A DNA stretch of 64,000 nucleotides, from NCBI GenBank assembly GCA_011109175.1, contig RDEW01000008.1:1431447-1495446 (forward strand), read 5' to 3'. The notes beneath the pieces are model-generated. The model was given only the letters and a program-made list of their open reading frames with translations, had not been told where the DNA came from and made no database searches. Of this stretch, positions 52,512 to 64,000 are shown piece after piece. The first letter of the stretch is position 1, and every line of letters begins with the position of its first letter. The translations under genes and the position numbers were made by a program. This DNA is from Dicyema japonicum. Its lineage: Eukaryota > Animalia > Dicyemida.

Positions 52512-52890
52512 AGATTATTAACCTCAGGCATACCATTGTAAGTCCAGGACAAACAGTCATAACTAATTAATCCAAGGGAGGAACCAAAGGGTGAACATCT
52601 GCTTGTGCTGACCAAATCAATCTTCCAATACTTCATTACAGGGTTTCCGCTTCCGAGAGGTGGGGAAGTAGGTCCGCCCTCTTCCATTTTGTCGCACGTC
52701 CTACCGTTGCGGACATTGCTTAATTCTTCAGCGGAATAGTTTTTTTCATAATGTAATCTTCATCAGAGAATTTGGGAGAGGTAGGGAGATCCCTTTCAAC
52801 TACTGTGTCGTGCCAAAAGGACTCGTCGCCTCACGGGTGGGATCTGTTTGACAAGAATTGATCTTCGCTGAAAGAGAGAATTGAACCCAT
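52512..52890 (-). mobile_element. SINE family B, copy 2
   Basis: Co-linear with 36930-37270; ends at a B-box remnant (TTGAACCCA on +); TAATAAT tail. Confidence 0.8.
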
Positions 52891-52959
52891 GGATAATTTT
52901 TATCTGACCGCTATGCAATTTTACATTTTTTTGCGGTTTTAAAAGTTATGTTTAATACA

Positions 52960-55900
52960 TTAATATTTTCTTGTGGTGACGTGCATGCTTGTCTCTACTG
53001 TTGGCAAAGAACCATTTTCATCGGACCTATCTACGAAAGATTTTGATGGAGAAACCAATTGTAACGTAGACCAAGTGGTCCATGGGTTGTGTGGGACTCA
53101 AGAAAAAGGACTACCTCCTAGTCTGGTGTCACAGCCAGATTGCCGTGCAAATCTCCTCTCTTTAAATGTATTATCGACCAAGTGGATTATAAAGACAGAG
53201 TTGAATGGACGTCTGAAGTTGTTCGATCTGCTCAAGCAAGATTCGGGAGAATTCCTCGTGGTGGCTGGCCGTTAATCACTTGGACTTTTAATGAGAAGTT
53301 TGGTATGTCCAAATCGATTGCAAACTTGAAGAGTTTGAAGTTAAAGCCGTCAAATCCAAGCCTCTATGAACATTGATCCTGGAATAATGCATACAGCACA
53401 GAAATCTCTAATTTTAGAGTTTGTTAAATGAATTTTGTGTCCAAATTAATCGAGTAAAATCCATGCCTCGTGTATTACGGAAGCCTACCAAAAAGTTCCT
53501 TTCCAAATTCTCTCGGGGATTAACTCTTCAATATGGCAATAAATCAATTCCTACCCTCCTGCTAATTTGAATGATATTACAGATATCATTTATGCTGGCA
53601 GTTAACATATGATGCTCTCTCAATCTACGAGAAAGAAGAGTCAGTGGGTTGAACGCATGCAAGGAAGACTTATTAAGTTGAATAAACAGCTCAAGCAAAT
53701 CTCGGTGCTTGTCGAACAGAAGGGAAATAAGAGGTTCGATGACGATACGAGGGATACAATGTACCAATATGGATATCGAAAGTCGAAGAAGGGTGAAATG
53801 GGCAGAATAGTTAGTTGCATTCAGGATGAAATAAATATCGTGGAGAAAAAACTCAGAGTACATGAATCCCGGAAGGAATTCAGGTAACAAAATTGGTGTT
53901 TCGAACTCAATCGGAGGCTTTTTTACAGAAAGTTAAATGGAGAAACCAGGGATGCCATATTCTGTTTTAATGAAAGTGAATGTCTAGCATTTTGGGAAAA
54001 TATTTGGATGGATTATGATATAAAGGAGAACACATATCCGATGAGTAGAAGAGTTACTGGAGTAGAAGACACATTTGTAGACTGCAAGAAAGAAGATATC
54101 CTTGAAATAATTTAACTCCTCCCTAATTGGAATCCATGATAAACTCTTAGAAAAGGCTGCCAAGATAATATATGGTGATTATACGCCTGATGAGTGGTTT
54201 TACACAGGATTACATATCTTATCCCGAAAAGAGATATATGTCAATCCCTGAAAGACTTGAGGCCGATTACATGCATGACTAACTTATAGTTAGTAATGTG
54301 ACCGTAAATTGTCCGACTTTATTGAAGCATTCGATCGTGAGTGATAATCAACTGGGAACTAAAGGATGTGTCAAGGCTAAAGAACAGGCAATCCTTAACC
54401 AGTGTATAACTAAAAAGAATGGGAACAATTTGTCTTCGACATGTATAGATGTTAAGAAAGCATTCGATTCTGTAAATCATGACTTTTTATACAAAGTCTT
54501 GGACAACTCTGGACTCCCATACTGGATCGTAAGTTTCATTAAGAATTTGATAACCAAATGGAAAATCAGACTCAACTTTAATCAAAAAGAAATTGGAGAA
54601 GTTGAATTGAAGCGAGGGATCTTGCAAGGCGATTCGTTGTCACCACAAATCTTTGTACATCTGTTGGATCCTCTCAGCATGATTTTGAATGCAAAATACC
54701 CAAAGGTGACAATAGATTGCCCTGATAGAGGATCTCTTGCGTACACCACAAATCATCTACTGTTCATGGACGACTTGGAAATATTTTCCCACAAAAAGGA
54801 TGCAATGTTAGTTAATATGTTCTTCGAAGCTGCTGGACTTGCACCAAATTCAGAAAAATCGGCTACTAATGTTTCTGGTTCATTGACAAGGATATCGCAA
54901 AATCCTTATAAATCATAGGATTCACTTTAAACCCGGAAACAAAGAACGACTTTATTTACAAAGAGATCAGCTCGGAAGGGGTCTAGTCTCCATTACACAC
55001 AAAAGTGAACGCATGCTGCTCCAATTCCTAGGGGATGTTGAAAAGAAATCATGCTATTGTTTGAGGAAGGCAGGAATTCTACGGGTCTTCAAATCAAAGG
55101 ACACTCATATGGCCACAATCATAGAATTCCTCAACCGAAAATATAAAACTCAAGAACCCGATTTTCAACTGTCTTGATGATAACAATGTTGATACAACAG
55201 AATCTTCCCGTTGGCTTTATGGAAACAATTCACCCAAATCCGAAGGAATGTTGTGCCTCACTCAAGATCGTAATTTATTCTTCGATAGTATTGGCTCTAA
55301 TTGTGGTCACTGTAGCACTGCTAAAAAGTGTTGATCATTTGGCTACAAGATGTGGTTAAATACTGAACAGTGACTATCTTCGCCGACACAACGAAGTAGT
55401 GAGATGTATTCATCTGCATCTATGTCGATTATATGGGATAAAACACTCGAAGAAGCTCAAAACACACTCTGTGCAATCAATAGTCGCCAATGACAATGTT
55501 GAAATTCGTGTGTACACCACAATTATTACCGGGACAAATATTGAGCATAATAAGCCTGATATATTTGTTCTCGATAAACTGAAGAACATGAATGCACTTA
55601 TTGAGATTGGCATCACTTCCCAGTAGGCACTAAAGCAAGTCGAAGTGGAAAAATTGCACAATATGACCTGCTTGCAGGTGAATTAGGACTAATACATAAT
55701 TCTAAGGTTAAATTGTGCCAATAATGCTTACCTGGGATGGAATTGTATCAAGGTTTTATAAACATCACCATGCTTCGCTTAATGTGGAGAGTCCTATAAG
55801 ATCGTACATCCAATCTCAAGTGATCAAGAAGACCTTGGAGAGCATGCGAGTAGAACACAAATATGGACTTACTCTATAAGAAGGATTGATGGATGTTACC

Positions 55901-56045
55901 ATTAGAGAAGGACTAACGAGCCAAATATGCCACCTTGGAGAGGAACAAAATGGACAAACTGGGACAACGAAGACTTCAGATGTTATTCCGGATAAGTCTG
56001 TGTTATTGGTCGGGTTGGGCCATAAAAGAAGAATGTGCTAGGGAG
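52960..56045 (+). mobile_element. R4/Dong-like non-LTR retrotransposon (RT, CCHC, REL), decayed
   Basis: RPITCM, IDVKKAFDSV, GILQGDSLSP, HLLFMDD, CGHC...VDHLATRC, RRHNEVV, NKPDI, IEIGI. Confidence 0.9.
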
Positions 56046-56046
56046 G

Positions 56047-56630
56047 ATATTATTATTATCACCAGATCACTGGATCAAAAAGAAATAAATAAAAGTTCTC
56101 ATCTAACTAAGTGATCACTGACAGAAAAAGGATTGGGCGAGTCCGGCGAAGTCGAAAATCCTGAACAGCTCTTCTCATTGGACATAGCATCGGCTCTAAA
56201 TTTATGTATGTTTGTAGATATTTCGATAGTGTATGGAATAGAGGTCAGCTCGATAAACTAACTTCCTTTATGAGTTTCCATTGTAATTCGATTAAGATAT
56301 TTTCAATGAATTGGATTTTGTGTTCTGGTCCAATTAACTTTATTACAGACTCCTCGATTGCAGATAATTTTAATGAGGAGGATCGTGAAATCTGCATTGC
56401 CCACGAAAGAATTTCATACGTCATCGTGGGTCGGATAAATTGTTTATAAATCGTAAAAATGCCACCAGTTTGATCTTTAAGTGTTTTTGAGAGCATTTTT
56501 AAAATTCTCATTTTCCTCAGAGCAGAAGTTACTATGTTCTCAAAATGTCGGATAAAAATGAGTCCCTGATCAAAGGTGACTCCCAGAATCTTCGGTTTTT
56601 TGTTAATATGAATAGCCTCGTTCTTCATAA
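56047..56630 (-). mobile_element. 5'-truncated LINE with (TAA)n tail
   Basis: PKILGVTFD...YKQFIRP; same family as 6960-7260. Confidence 0.85.
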
Positions 56631-56632
56631 AG

Positions 56633-57890
56633 ATTATTATTATTATTAAAAACCAAAAATCACCGACAAATTAAATAACTACATAGCCGTCAAGTGATTC
56701 CGGCCGCCTCGAGTAGCCATCTCATTCTTGCTCGGTGTTCTTCCCGGGTTCCAACGCGGGGGTTTTCAACTTTTTTGGAAAGTAGTAAGGCTCCGGTTTT
56801 CCTCACTAATTCCTCAAAAGGTGTAAGGTTTAGAGGTGTCCAAGAAAACCTTTGCAAAGCCTTACTGGCCATTTTTTGGAAGGTATTGATTTTTTCTATA
56901 TTCCTGTTTGATAGGTTGGTTCCCCATGCAGCACACCCGTAAGTTAGAGACGGTTGAATATACTGCACGTAGAGCGAGTCCAAATTTGAGTTGAAACACC
57001 CATTATATTGTCCAAGGAGTGTTTTAACAAAATTTAGCTTTCGTTGTGCCGAAGAGATGACGTTGTCGATGTGTTTGCTGAAGGTCAAGAGTGGGTCGTA
57101 AGTTACGCCCAGTATCTTGACAGAGTTGGTCGTGGGGATTGAGTTTCCATTTATGGTTACACATGGAGCGGAGTTTGTCAATCTTCTGTTTGTTGTGAAA
57201 ATTGTTGTATAAGACTTTTCGGGACTTGTATGTAGAATGTTCTTAACGAGCCAACAGTTCAGATCGTCCAATGAAGCTTGTATCCGGTAAACAGCAGTGT
57301 GAACGCACTGGTCTCTGACTGCGACGATTATATCATCCGCATATGTCAGAACCAGAGTATCGTCACTGGTAAAGGAGGTAATATCATTTAGGAATAGGCT
57401 GAACAGGTGTTGTGACAGTGGAGATCCTTGAAAATGTAAATTATCGAATGAATGAATGAATGAAAAAAACTTTATTAGGCAAAAACAAATAGTAATTGGT
57501 CTGTATGAGGCTGGTGATCCCTTTGGTCGCCCGGGTTTCAGAATAGGTCGTATGTTTAATAGCTTCCATATGGAAGGAATGCAATTTTCGTTGATTGAAA
57601 AGTTGAAAATTTTTGGTGAGGGCCATGATAGCAAGGGGTTTTGGTCCAGGGTTGTCAGCGTTAATAAAGCTTCTAAGTGTTTTCCACATTTTTGTAAGGG
57701 AGTTCTGCTTGTTTAGATTGGACATGAGGTTTTTCGAAACTTTCTCTTGTTTCTTCTTTGCATTGTTCCTGATCTCTCTCTCTAATGTACGAATTCTCAA
57801 TCTTGTTTCCCAGGATTGTTTTTGGAGGCTTTTTAGGTAATTTCTTTCTTTTATGAGTAATTGATGAATCATAAAGATTTTTGGTTCGAT
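56633..57890 (-). mobile_element. LINE ORF2 fragment with an internal RT deletion
   Basis: PILKPG...YRPI jumps to QGSPLS, then TYADD, KILGVTYD and EEHRARMRWLLEAAGIT*; (TAA)n tail. Confidence 0.9.
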
Positions 57891-58720
57891 ACAGAACAGT
57901 CTTTTGTAAGGAAAGAGCCCCTACATTATTTCTGACGTTATCTTATTAATAATTTAATTTTACATTAAATTATTGACATTGTATAACTAACTTGTAGAAA
58001 ACTGGCAACCTTCAAAAAATACGCCTCTAAAAAGCATCTAATTTAATAGAAATGTTAGCATACTTATGGATTGCCAATGAAGTAAAGTATGGCGTAAATA
58101 TTCCTCAACTGTTTGTGATTCCTCCGTATGGATTCTGGTTCTTTGAAGAATCGCAGGAAACCTCAGCAATTTTTCTGGTTGACTCATGAAAAGAGAGTAA
58201 CAATTGGTCCTCCTTTGTGCGATGGGAGAAGACGCAGGGTTTTCCACTGGAGTGAGTTGATATGTTAAATTTTCGTGAAGGAAAAAGTTCGAAAAAAATA
58301 ATTAGAGTTTTAATTTAAAAAACAACTCTTGTGTGCATTCGTTTATTAACTGTTGTGTTAATCTCATCCATCTTTTTCTATTCCTTGTTTTTGCCCTTAG
58401 TGTATCTTGATCGTCACTTGTCCTCAGATTCAGACCCTGTTTTAAGAGGTGTGACTGAACAGTTGCTACAGCCACGGAAACACAAAACTGGATTAGTGAC
58501 TGTTCTGACAGATTTCTTGTGTTTCTGCCATGAGCTCTAATGCAATCTTCCCTTTTTTGTCATTCCAGCCTTTTCGTTCTAGTCAACAGCAATGAATATC
58601 AGGTGGGTGGAAGAGACTTCGACCAACATCAACGGAAGCGAAACTTGGGTTCCCATTCAAAATGGCCTCCAATTAAATATTTCAGGTTTTGGATAAGTTC
58701 ATCAATAAACATCACGAGAT

Positions 58721-58960
58721 ATTTTACCAAGGTCCTCGACATCTTTAGGTGAAAAAGTCATCTTTTTTAAATCTTATAAAAATTGATTTTAAGGGGTCCT
58801 ATGGGTAAGTGGTACATTTTACCAAGGTCCTCGACATCTTTAGGTGAAAAAGTCATCTTTTTTAAATCTTACAAAAATTGATTTTAAGGGGTTCTATGGG
58901 TAAGTGGTACATTTTACCAAAATCCTCGACATCTTTAGGTAAAAAAGTTATCTTTTTTAA
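58721..58960 (+). repeat. 95-bp tandem repeat (about 2.5 copies) inside the left MULE TIR
   Basis: ATTTTACCAA recurs at 58721, 58816 and 58911. Confidence 0.9.
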
Positions 58961-59314
58961 TATTTTTATTTAACTTTAAAATGAAGATTTATTTTCAATA
59001 GGAAAAAAAGAAAATAATTATAAATGTTAGTAGAATATATATTCAACTAAATTGAATATATATTCTATCGGATCCAAATTAAGTAACATTTGTTCTTAAA
59101 CAAATCTAAATGTATTCTCAGATAAAGCGAGATATTTAGTTTTTCTAAGAATTTTTTCTCCATTTTGTAATCTTAAGAATTTTATCATTATGCCTTCTTC
59201 TTTTATCAATTTCTTGGAGTCTTGTTTAGTGTCCAAATGTACTTCTAAAAACGTTGTGCCAACCTTCAATTGAGTTATTTGTCCGTGGTAAGTCCTCATA
59301 TAAATTATCTAGAT

Positions 59315-61003
59315 CAGGGGTTCTCAACCTGGGGTCGATTCGACCCCCAGGGGTCTAAAATCAATCCAGATCGATCGTAAGGGGGTCGAAAATGAAATAT
59401 TTGGGGGTCGAAAATAAATTTAATATATTTAATCTTTTTCAATTTAAATTAAGTTAGTTTATTTTTAAAGTGGAAAACCTTTGTTCTTTAAAATTTTTAA
59501 AATTACCATGCTTGTTTTTGTTTGTGTATGAGTCGTCCTTCTACATTAAAAATTCGTCAATATAAAAATGAATATTTGGCATTTGGATTTATAAAAAATT
59601 CTTTTGATAATAGACCACATTGTTTACTGTGTAATAAGTCATTATCAAATGATGCAATGAAACCGTCCAAATTGTTGGATCATCTTAGGAGAAAACATTC
59701 GGATAAAAAAGATAAACCATTAGACTATTTTGAAGAATTAAAGGATTCTTTTCGTAAACAAAAAACGATTGAAACTGTTTTTACAAATAGTAGTGAAAGA
59801 AACAATAGTTGTTGTTATTTTAAATTATATTTAGGAGGACTAATTGCATCCTATAAAATTGCAATGATTATTGCAAAAAATGAGAGTTCCAATGATTCAA
59901 TTCGCCGCAGGATTGACGAAATGTCAGATAATGTTGAACATATTTTATGTGAAAGGCTTAAAAATACTATTTTTTCGCTTCAAATTGACGAAATTCATAT
60001 ATGTGATAACCAATCAATTCTAATGGGATATGTCAGGTTAATCTTATTAGAAGCTTACGATATAGATATTTTGACGATCATGCTCTTCTTACAGAAGATT
60101 TATTATTCGTCAAATATTTGGAAACTGATACGACTGGATTTTCTATTTTTTTGTAGTTAAATTATTTTTGGATGACAAGAAGATTCCATATGAAAATTTG
60201 GTTTCTTGTGCCACAGATGGTGCAATGTCTATGGTTGGAAAATATAAAGGATTTAAGGCGGCATATTTGAAAAAAATATGTCCAAATGTGATTCATATAC
60301 ATTGCGTTTTACATAGACAACATTTGGTTTCAAAAGCTCTTTCGCCAATTCTACATGAAACGTTAAATATAGTTATTAAAACCATAAACAAAATTAAAGC
60401 AAACAGCAAGTATGACCGTCTTTTTAGAAAATTTTGCTATGAGGCTAAAACAACATATGTCCGTCTTGTGCTTCACACTGAGGTTATAGTTTCCAATTTT
60501 ATTTTATAGGTACGATGGTTATCAAAGGGAAATGCATTAGAACGATTTTCAATATTGTTTGACACAATCGTAAATTTTCTTACTTCTGAGGGTGATAAAA
60601 ATTTAGCAGATTTAATTGTATCGAAAAAGAAAGAAATTGTTTATTTGACTTGGATTTTTGGAAAATTTAATAAAGTTTCATTAGAACTTCAGGGAAAGTA
60701 TGTGACGTTAATAGATTGTAAAAGAATTATTCAAATATTTATCGAAAAAATTAACAGGGATCCCAATGCTATTTAATTCTTTTTTTTAATTATAGATTTA
60801 TGCTAAGATACCAACTTAACATCGAGTATATACTTTTTTTTGTTTGATTTGATTATTAACAATGAATTTATTTTAGATAATTAACTAATTTTACTTAGAA
60901 TTGTCTGTTCTAAATAAAAAAGTTTTAAGGGGTCGATTAAATAATATGGGGGTCGAAAAAAAAGTCAAGGGGTCGACGAGCAAAAAAAGGTTGAGAACCC
61001 TTG
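59315..61003 (+). mobile_element. hAT (Buster-type) transposon with an intron-containing, internally deleted transposase
   Basis: TIRs CAGGGGTTCTCAACCT / AGGTTGAGAACCCTTG; 8-bp TSD ATCTAGAT (59307-59314, 61004-61011); GGGGTCGA subterminal repeats; BED finger (CLLC...HLRRKH), SLQIDE, TDGA, HCVLHRQHL, EVRWLS. Confidence 0.96.
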
Positions 61004-61984
61004 ATCTAGATTATTCCAATAATTAATTGGAAATCTTGGAATTAATCCATTTTCTTGATTTCCGATATAATTGATCGAAAAATATTGATATAATAGATTT
61101 ATAATCGCAGGAATTACATTTATAATTATTTTCTTTTTTTCCTTTTGAAAATAAATTTTTCATTTTAAAGTTAAATAAAAATATTAAAAAAGATAACTTT
61201 TTTACCTAAAGATGTCGTTTCGCTAAAATCTCGTGATGTTTATTGATGAACTTATCCAAAACCTAAAAAAATTAATTAGAGGCCATTTTGAATGGAGGCC
61301 GTTTTGAATGGACACGGACAATCGGCATCGTCGCTTTGCCCTTTATGCCTTCAATGCAACCAAAAGACTGTCCACCTTTTCTCTTATCCAGGTCCGCCTT
61401 CAAGTTCTGCGCTACATCATATAATCCTGACGGATCTCTGGAAGGATTGGTTGTGACTTTCCTGTAGTTAGTGGTTTCCTTAACTTGAAGGTAGCAGGGA
61501 TCAAATCAATTTCCTTTCTATATATCACCGCAGTTACTACCAAAAAGGAGGAGGGAGAGTCTAGAAGATGGGTAACTTAATAAGCCATTTCCATATAAAT
61601 CGTATGAGTGAGGACACTGAATCACGAGAGCTTCTTATTAATTTATAACACTTAATAATAAGTTCCATTTTGTAGCAAAGTAGTAATGTTTTCACTACTC
61701 GAACTACCACTTAGGCAAAACATAAACTTTATTCAAAAATGTTCTAATTTCTTAACTTCGTTCTCTTCTATTTCATGTGAGTCCCTATAGATGAGGGTTT
61801 CCTAAAGTAGGCAATATCGCCCTCTGTGCAATATGAAATTTTAGGTGGGAATTTTGAGCAAATCGGTTTCATTGGGCGATATGAACTTCAGGTTGGCGAT
61901 AAAACAATAATTTATATAATTTAATAAATATAAATCCAATTAATAAGTTATAATTTTAGTATGGCAAATTATTCCATCGCCACG

Positions 61985-62087
61985 TGGGCGCCATGTGGTG
62001 CTACGTGGCTAATTGGCTGAAGTTTTTTATTTGTTTTGTTTGTTTTTCCTCTATCTTTCCTACTAGAGTGGCGTCATGTGATCCACT
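61985..62087 (+). mobile_element. SINE-like family C, 5' part only
   Basis: CGTGGCTAATTGG...TAGAGTGGCGTCATGTGATCCAC matches the reverse complement of 40902-40990. Confidence 0.7.
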
Positions 62088-62219
62088 CAAAGAAACTGTC
62101 AAATTATTATTATTATAAATAATTTAATTTCACTTTGGAAATTGCATAAATATTCTTAAAAATATTATGTTTTTCCATATACTTCTCTACAGGCCTTCTG
62201 GCTAAACGTCTGATGACAT

Positions 62220-64000
62220 TTATTTTTTTTTTATTTATTTAATAACCCCGAAAAGGGAACACCAAGAAAGAAGGAGTAAACCAACTAATTAAGTGATCCA
62301 GGTACGCCTCAACAGGATCGAGAGGTTTTTCCTATGTTCCTCCAGAGTATCCACGGCTTTCCTGAATAGATTAAATCATCTTTCATTAGAGTTTGAAGAG
62401 GGGTGGGTTTTTTCCCCAAAATTTGTGTATTTGAGGCCTCCAGCCTTAAATGGAAGAAACGAATTGATTCTTGACCACACAGACCGATGAAGCCGGAGCC
62501 GTTATTTTTGATTGCGGCGTGGTCAAGCATTGGGGGAAAGATCGGGGTTAGATTTGTTAGACGTGCAAGTTTGCCTGTTAGGGAGTTGATCTTGTATGAA
62601 TTAGATATTGAAGCTCCATAGGCCCATGAGAAACAAGCATACTCTACCGTCGGTTTTAGAAGAAGATTGAACAAGACGACAGCGCATTCCAGTAACGGCC
62701 TGGACTTTAAGAGTGGTTTCATTATAATTCAGTTTCCTGAAACCCTTTGTCATAATGTTCTTCACGTGTTGAGAAAATGTAATCATAGGGTCAAAGTCAC
62801 TCCCAGAATAGTTGGATGAATCTGTAATAGTAAAGTCTTCATAAATGTTCAAATCCAGTGTATATTTTTCTTTTCTGTCTTTGGTGAAGATAGTATACGT
62901 TGATTTATCCATGGATATGGAGAGACGATTCAATTCAACCAGGCTCCCAAGTCGTCAACATGTGACTGAAGCCCTGCTTTTGTCATATCCACGTATTTGT
63001 TCTTGCTAGCGATAATTAAGTCGTCAGCATATGTGAGAAGCATTGAATATGGTCCTCCAAGGTAGGGTAAATCGTTTAGGAATAAATTGAATAACGCCGG
63101 AAAGAAGGGCAATCTTTGAAGAACGTCATTAGGTAGCAGTCGGGACCTTGATCTTGCGTGGCCTATACAGACACGTCCTCTTCTTCCGGAGAGAAAATTG
63201 GCTATCCATCTTTTCAAAACCGGCTGAATGGTGGTGTCAAAAACCTTTTCGTGAGTAATGCTCTCGGACAGAATCGAACGCCTTCTGGATGTCCAGGGAG
63301 ACCACTATTGTCCGTAGATGGCGTTTCGGTTCGTTGAACCCTTCTGATATAAATTGAGACAATGAAGTCAAATGTGTCGTAGTTGAACCCTCACAATTAA
63401 AGCCATGTTGAAAGTGACAGTCGGGCAAATGGGGTTTAATTTTCCAGAGTACGAGTTTCTTCATTAGGCGCGATAATACGCACGTCAATGAAAAAGGTAA
63501 GGTTTTCGGTTTTCCTGGTTTTAGGAGGTACTATAAGTGAATTCTTTTATTTTCATGGGATGACGTTCTTGTAAGAAGACAAATTAAAAATTGACGTAAT
63601 CGAATTGATTGCAACATTACCAAGGTGTTATAGCAAAATTCCCGGAATGCCGTCAGGACCACACGTATATGATCTCTTGATCGATCTTATTGCCTGTGTG
63701 ACCTCGGCATGCGTAAATAAATTGATGCACGAAATTGGTTTAGTCATTAAATTCCGAAGGTGACAAGAATGGGATTTCGAGAAGTCCTTGTGACTTATGG
63801 ATGCATAATATTTGCTTAGCTTGCACAGTATTTGGAGCAGAAAAAGATTCTGATTCATCTGATAAGTTTAGCTTGATTCGACGAATAGTTTTCCATAAAA
63901 AACTCGTGGATTTCATGTGTTCAATAGATGATAATATGCGGTTCCACGCTCTATCTTTCTTTTCTCTGATGAGTTTTATAATTATCTGTTTTAAGCATTT
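62220..64000 (-). mobile_element. LINE ORF2 (RT), decayed, running off the window end
   Basis: CGPDGI, QHGF, LDIQKAFDSV, TYADD; ends ...WIT* followed by a (TAAA)n tail. Confidence 0.92.

Larger units (their letters stand above)
58653..61311 (-). mobile_element. Non-autonomous MULE with long TIRs, interrupted by a hAT
   Basis: Inverted repeats at 58653-59027 and 61116-61311; the internal remnant reads PRFPINYWN...LPRTNNSIEGWHN. No TSD was found. Confidence 0.88.

Overview
This is AT-rich eukaryotic nuclear DNA, almost certainly from an animal (it has an intermediate-filament gene), with tiny spliceosomal introns of about 21-29 nt. That intron size fits a reduced parasitic metazoan such as a dicyemid mesozoan, but the taxon is inferred, not shown. 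Host genes are few: a CENP-C-motif gene, kinesin-14, DNAJA3/Tid1, the mitochondrial phosphate carrier, an intermediate-filament protein, a beta-tubulin pseudogene and a few orphans. The rest is decayed mobile DNA: APE-type LINEs (RTE and jockey/I-like), restriction-like-endonuclease retroelements (CRE-like and R4/Dong-like), Tc1/pogo, hAT (Buster), MULE, a MITE, three SINE-like families and two dispersed 28S rDNA relics. The most notable observations are DNA transposases carrying host-style micro-introns, a hAT nested in a MULE, modular SINEs sharing core and tail segments (one with a possible decayed hammerhead ribozyme), a divergent CENP-C motif lacking its YW pair, and an apparent GT-TG intron. 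Single-base indels occur even in housekeeping genes, so many frameshifts are probably assembly errors. All calls come from reading motifs by eye; no searches were run, and boundaries are approximate unless a TSD or TIR is given.
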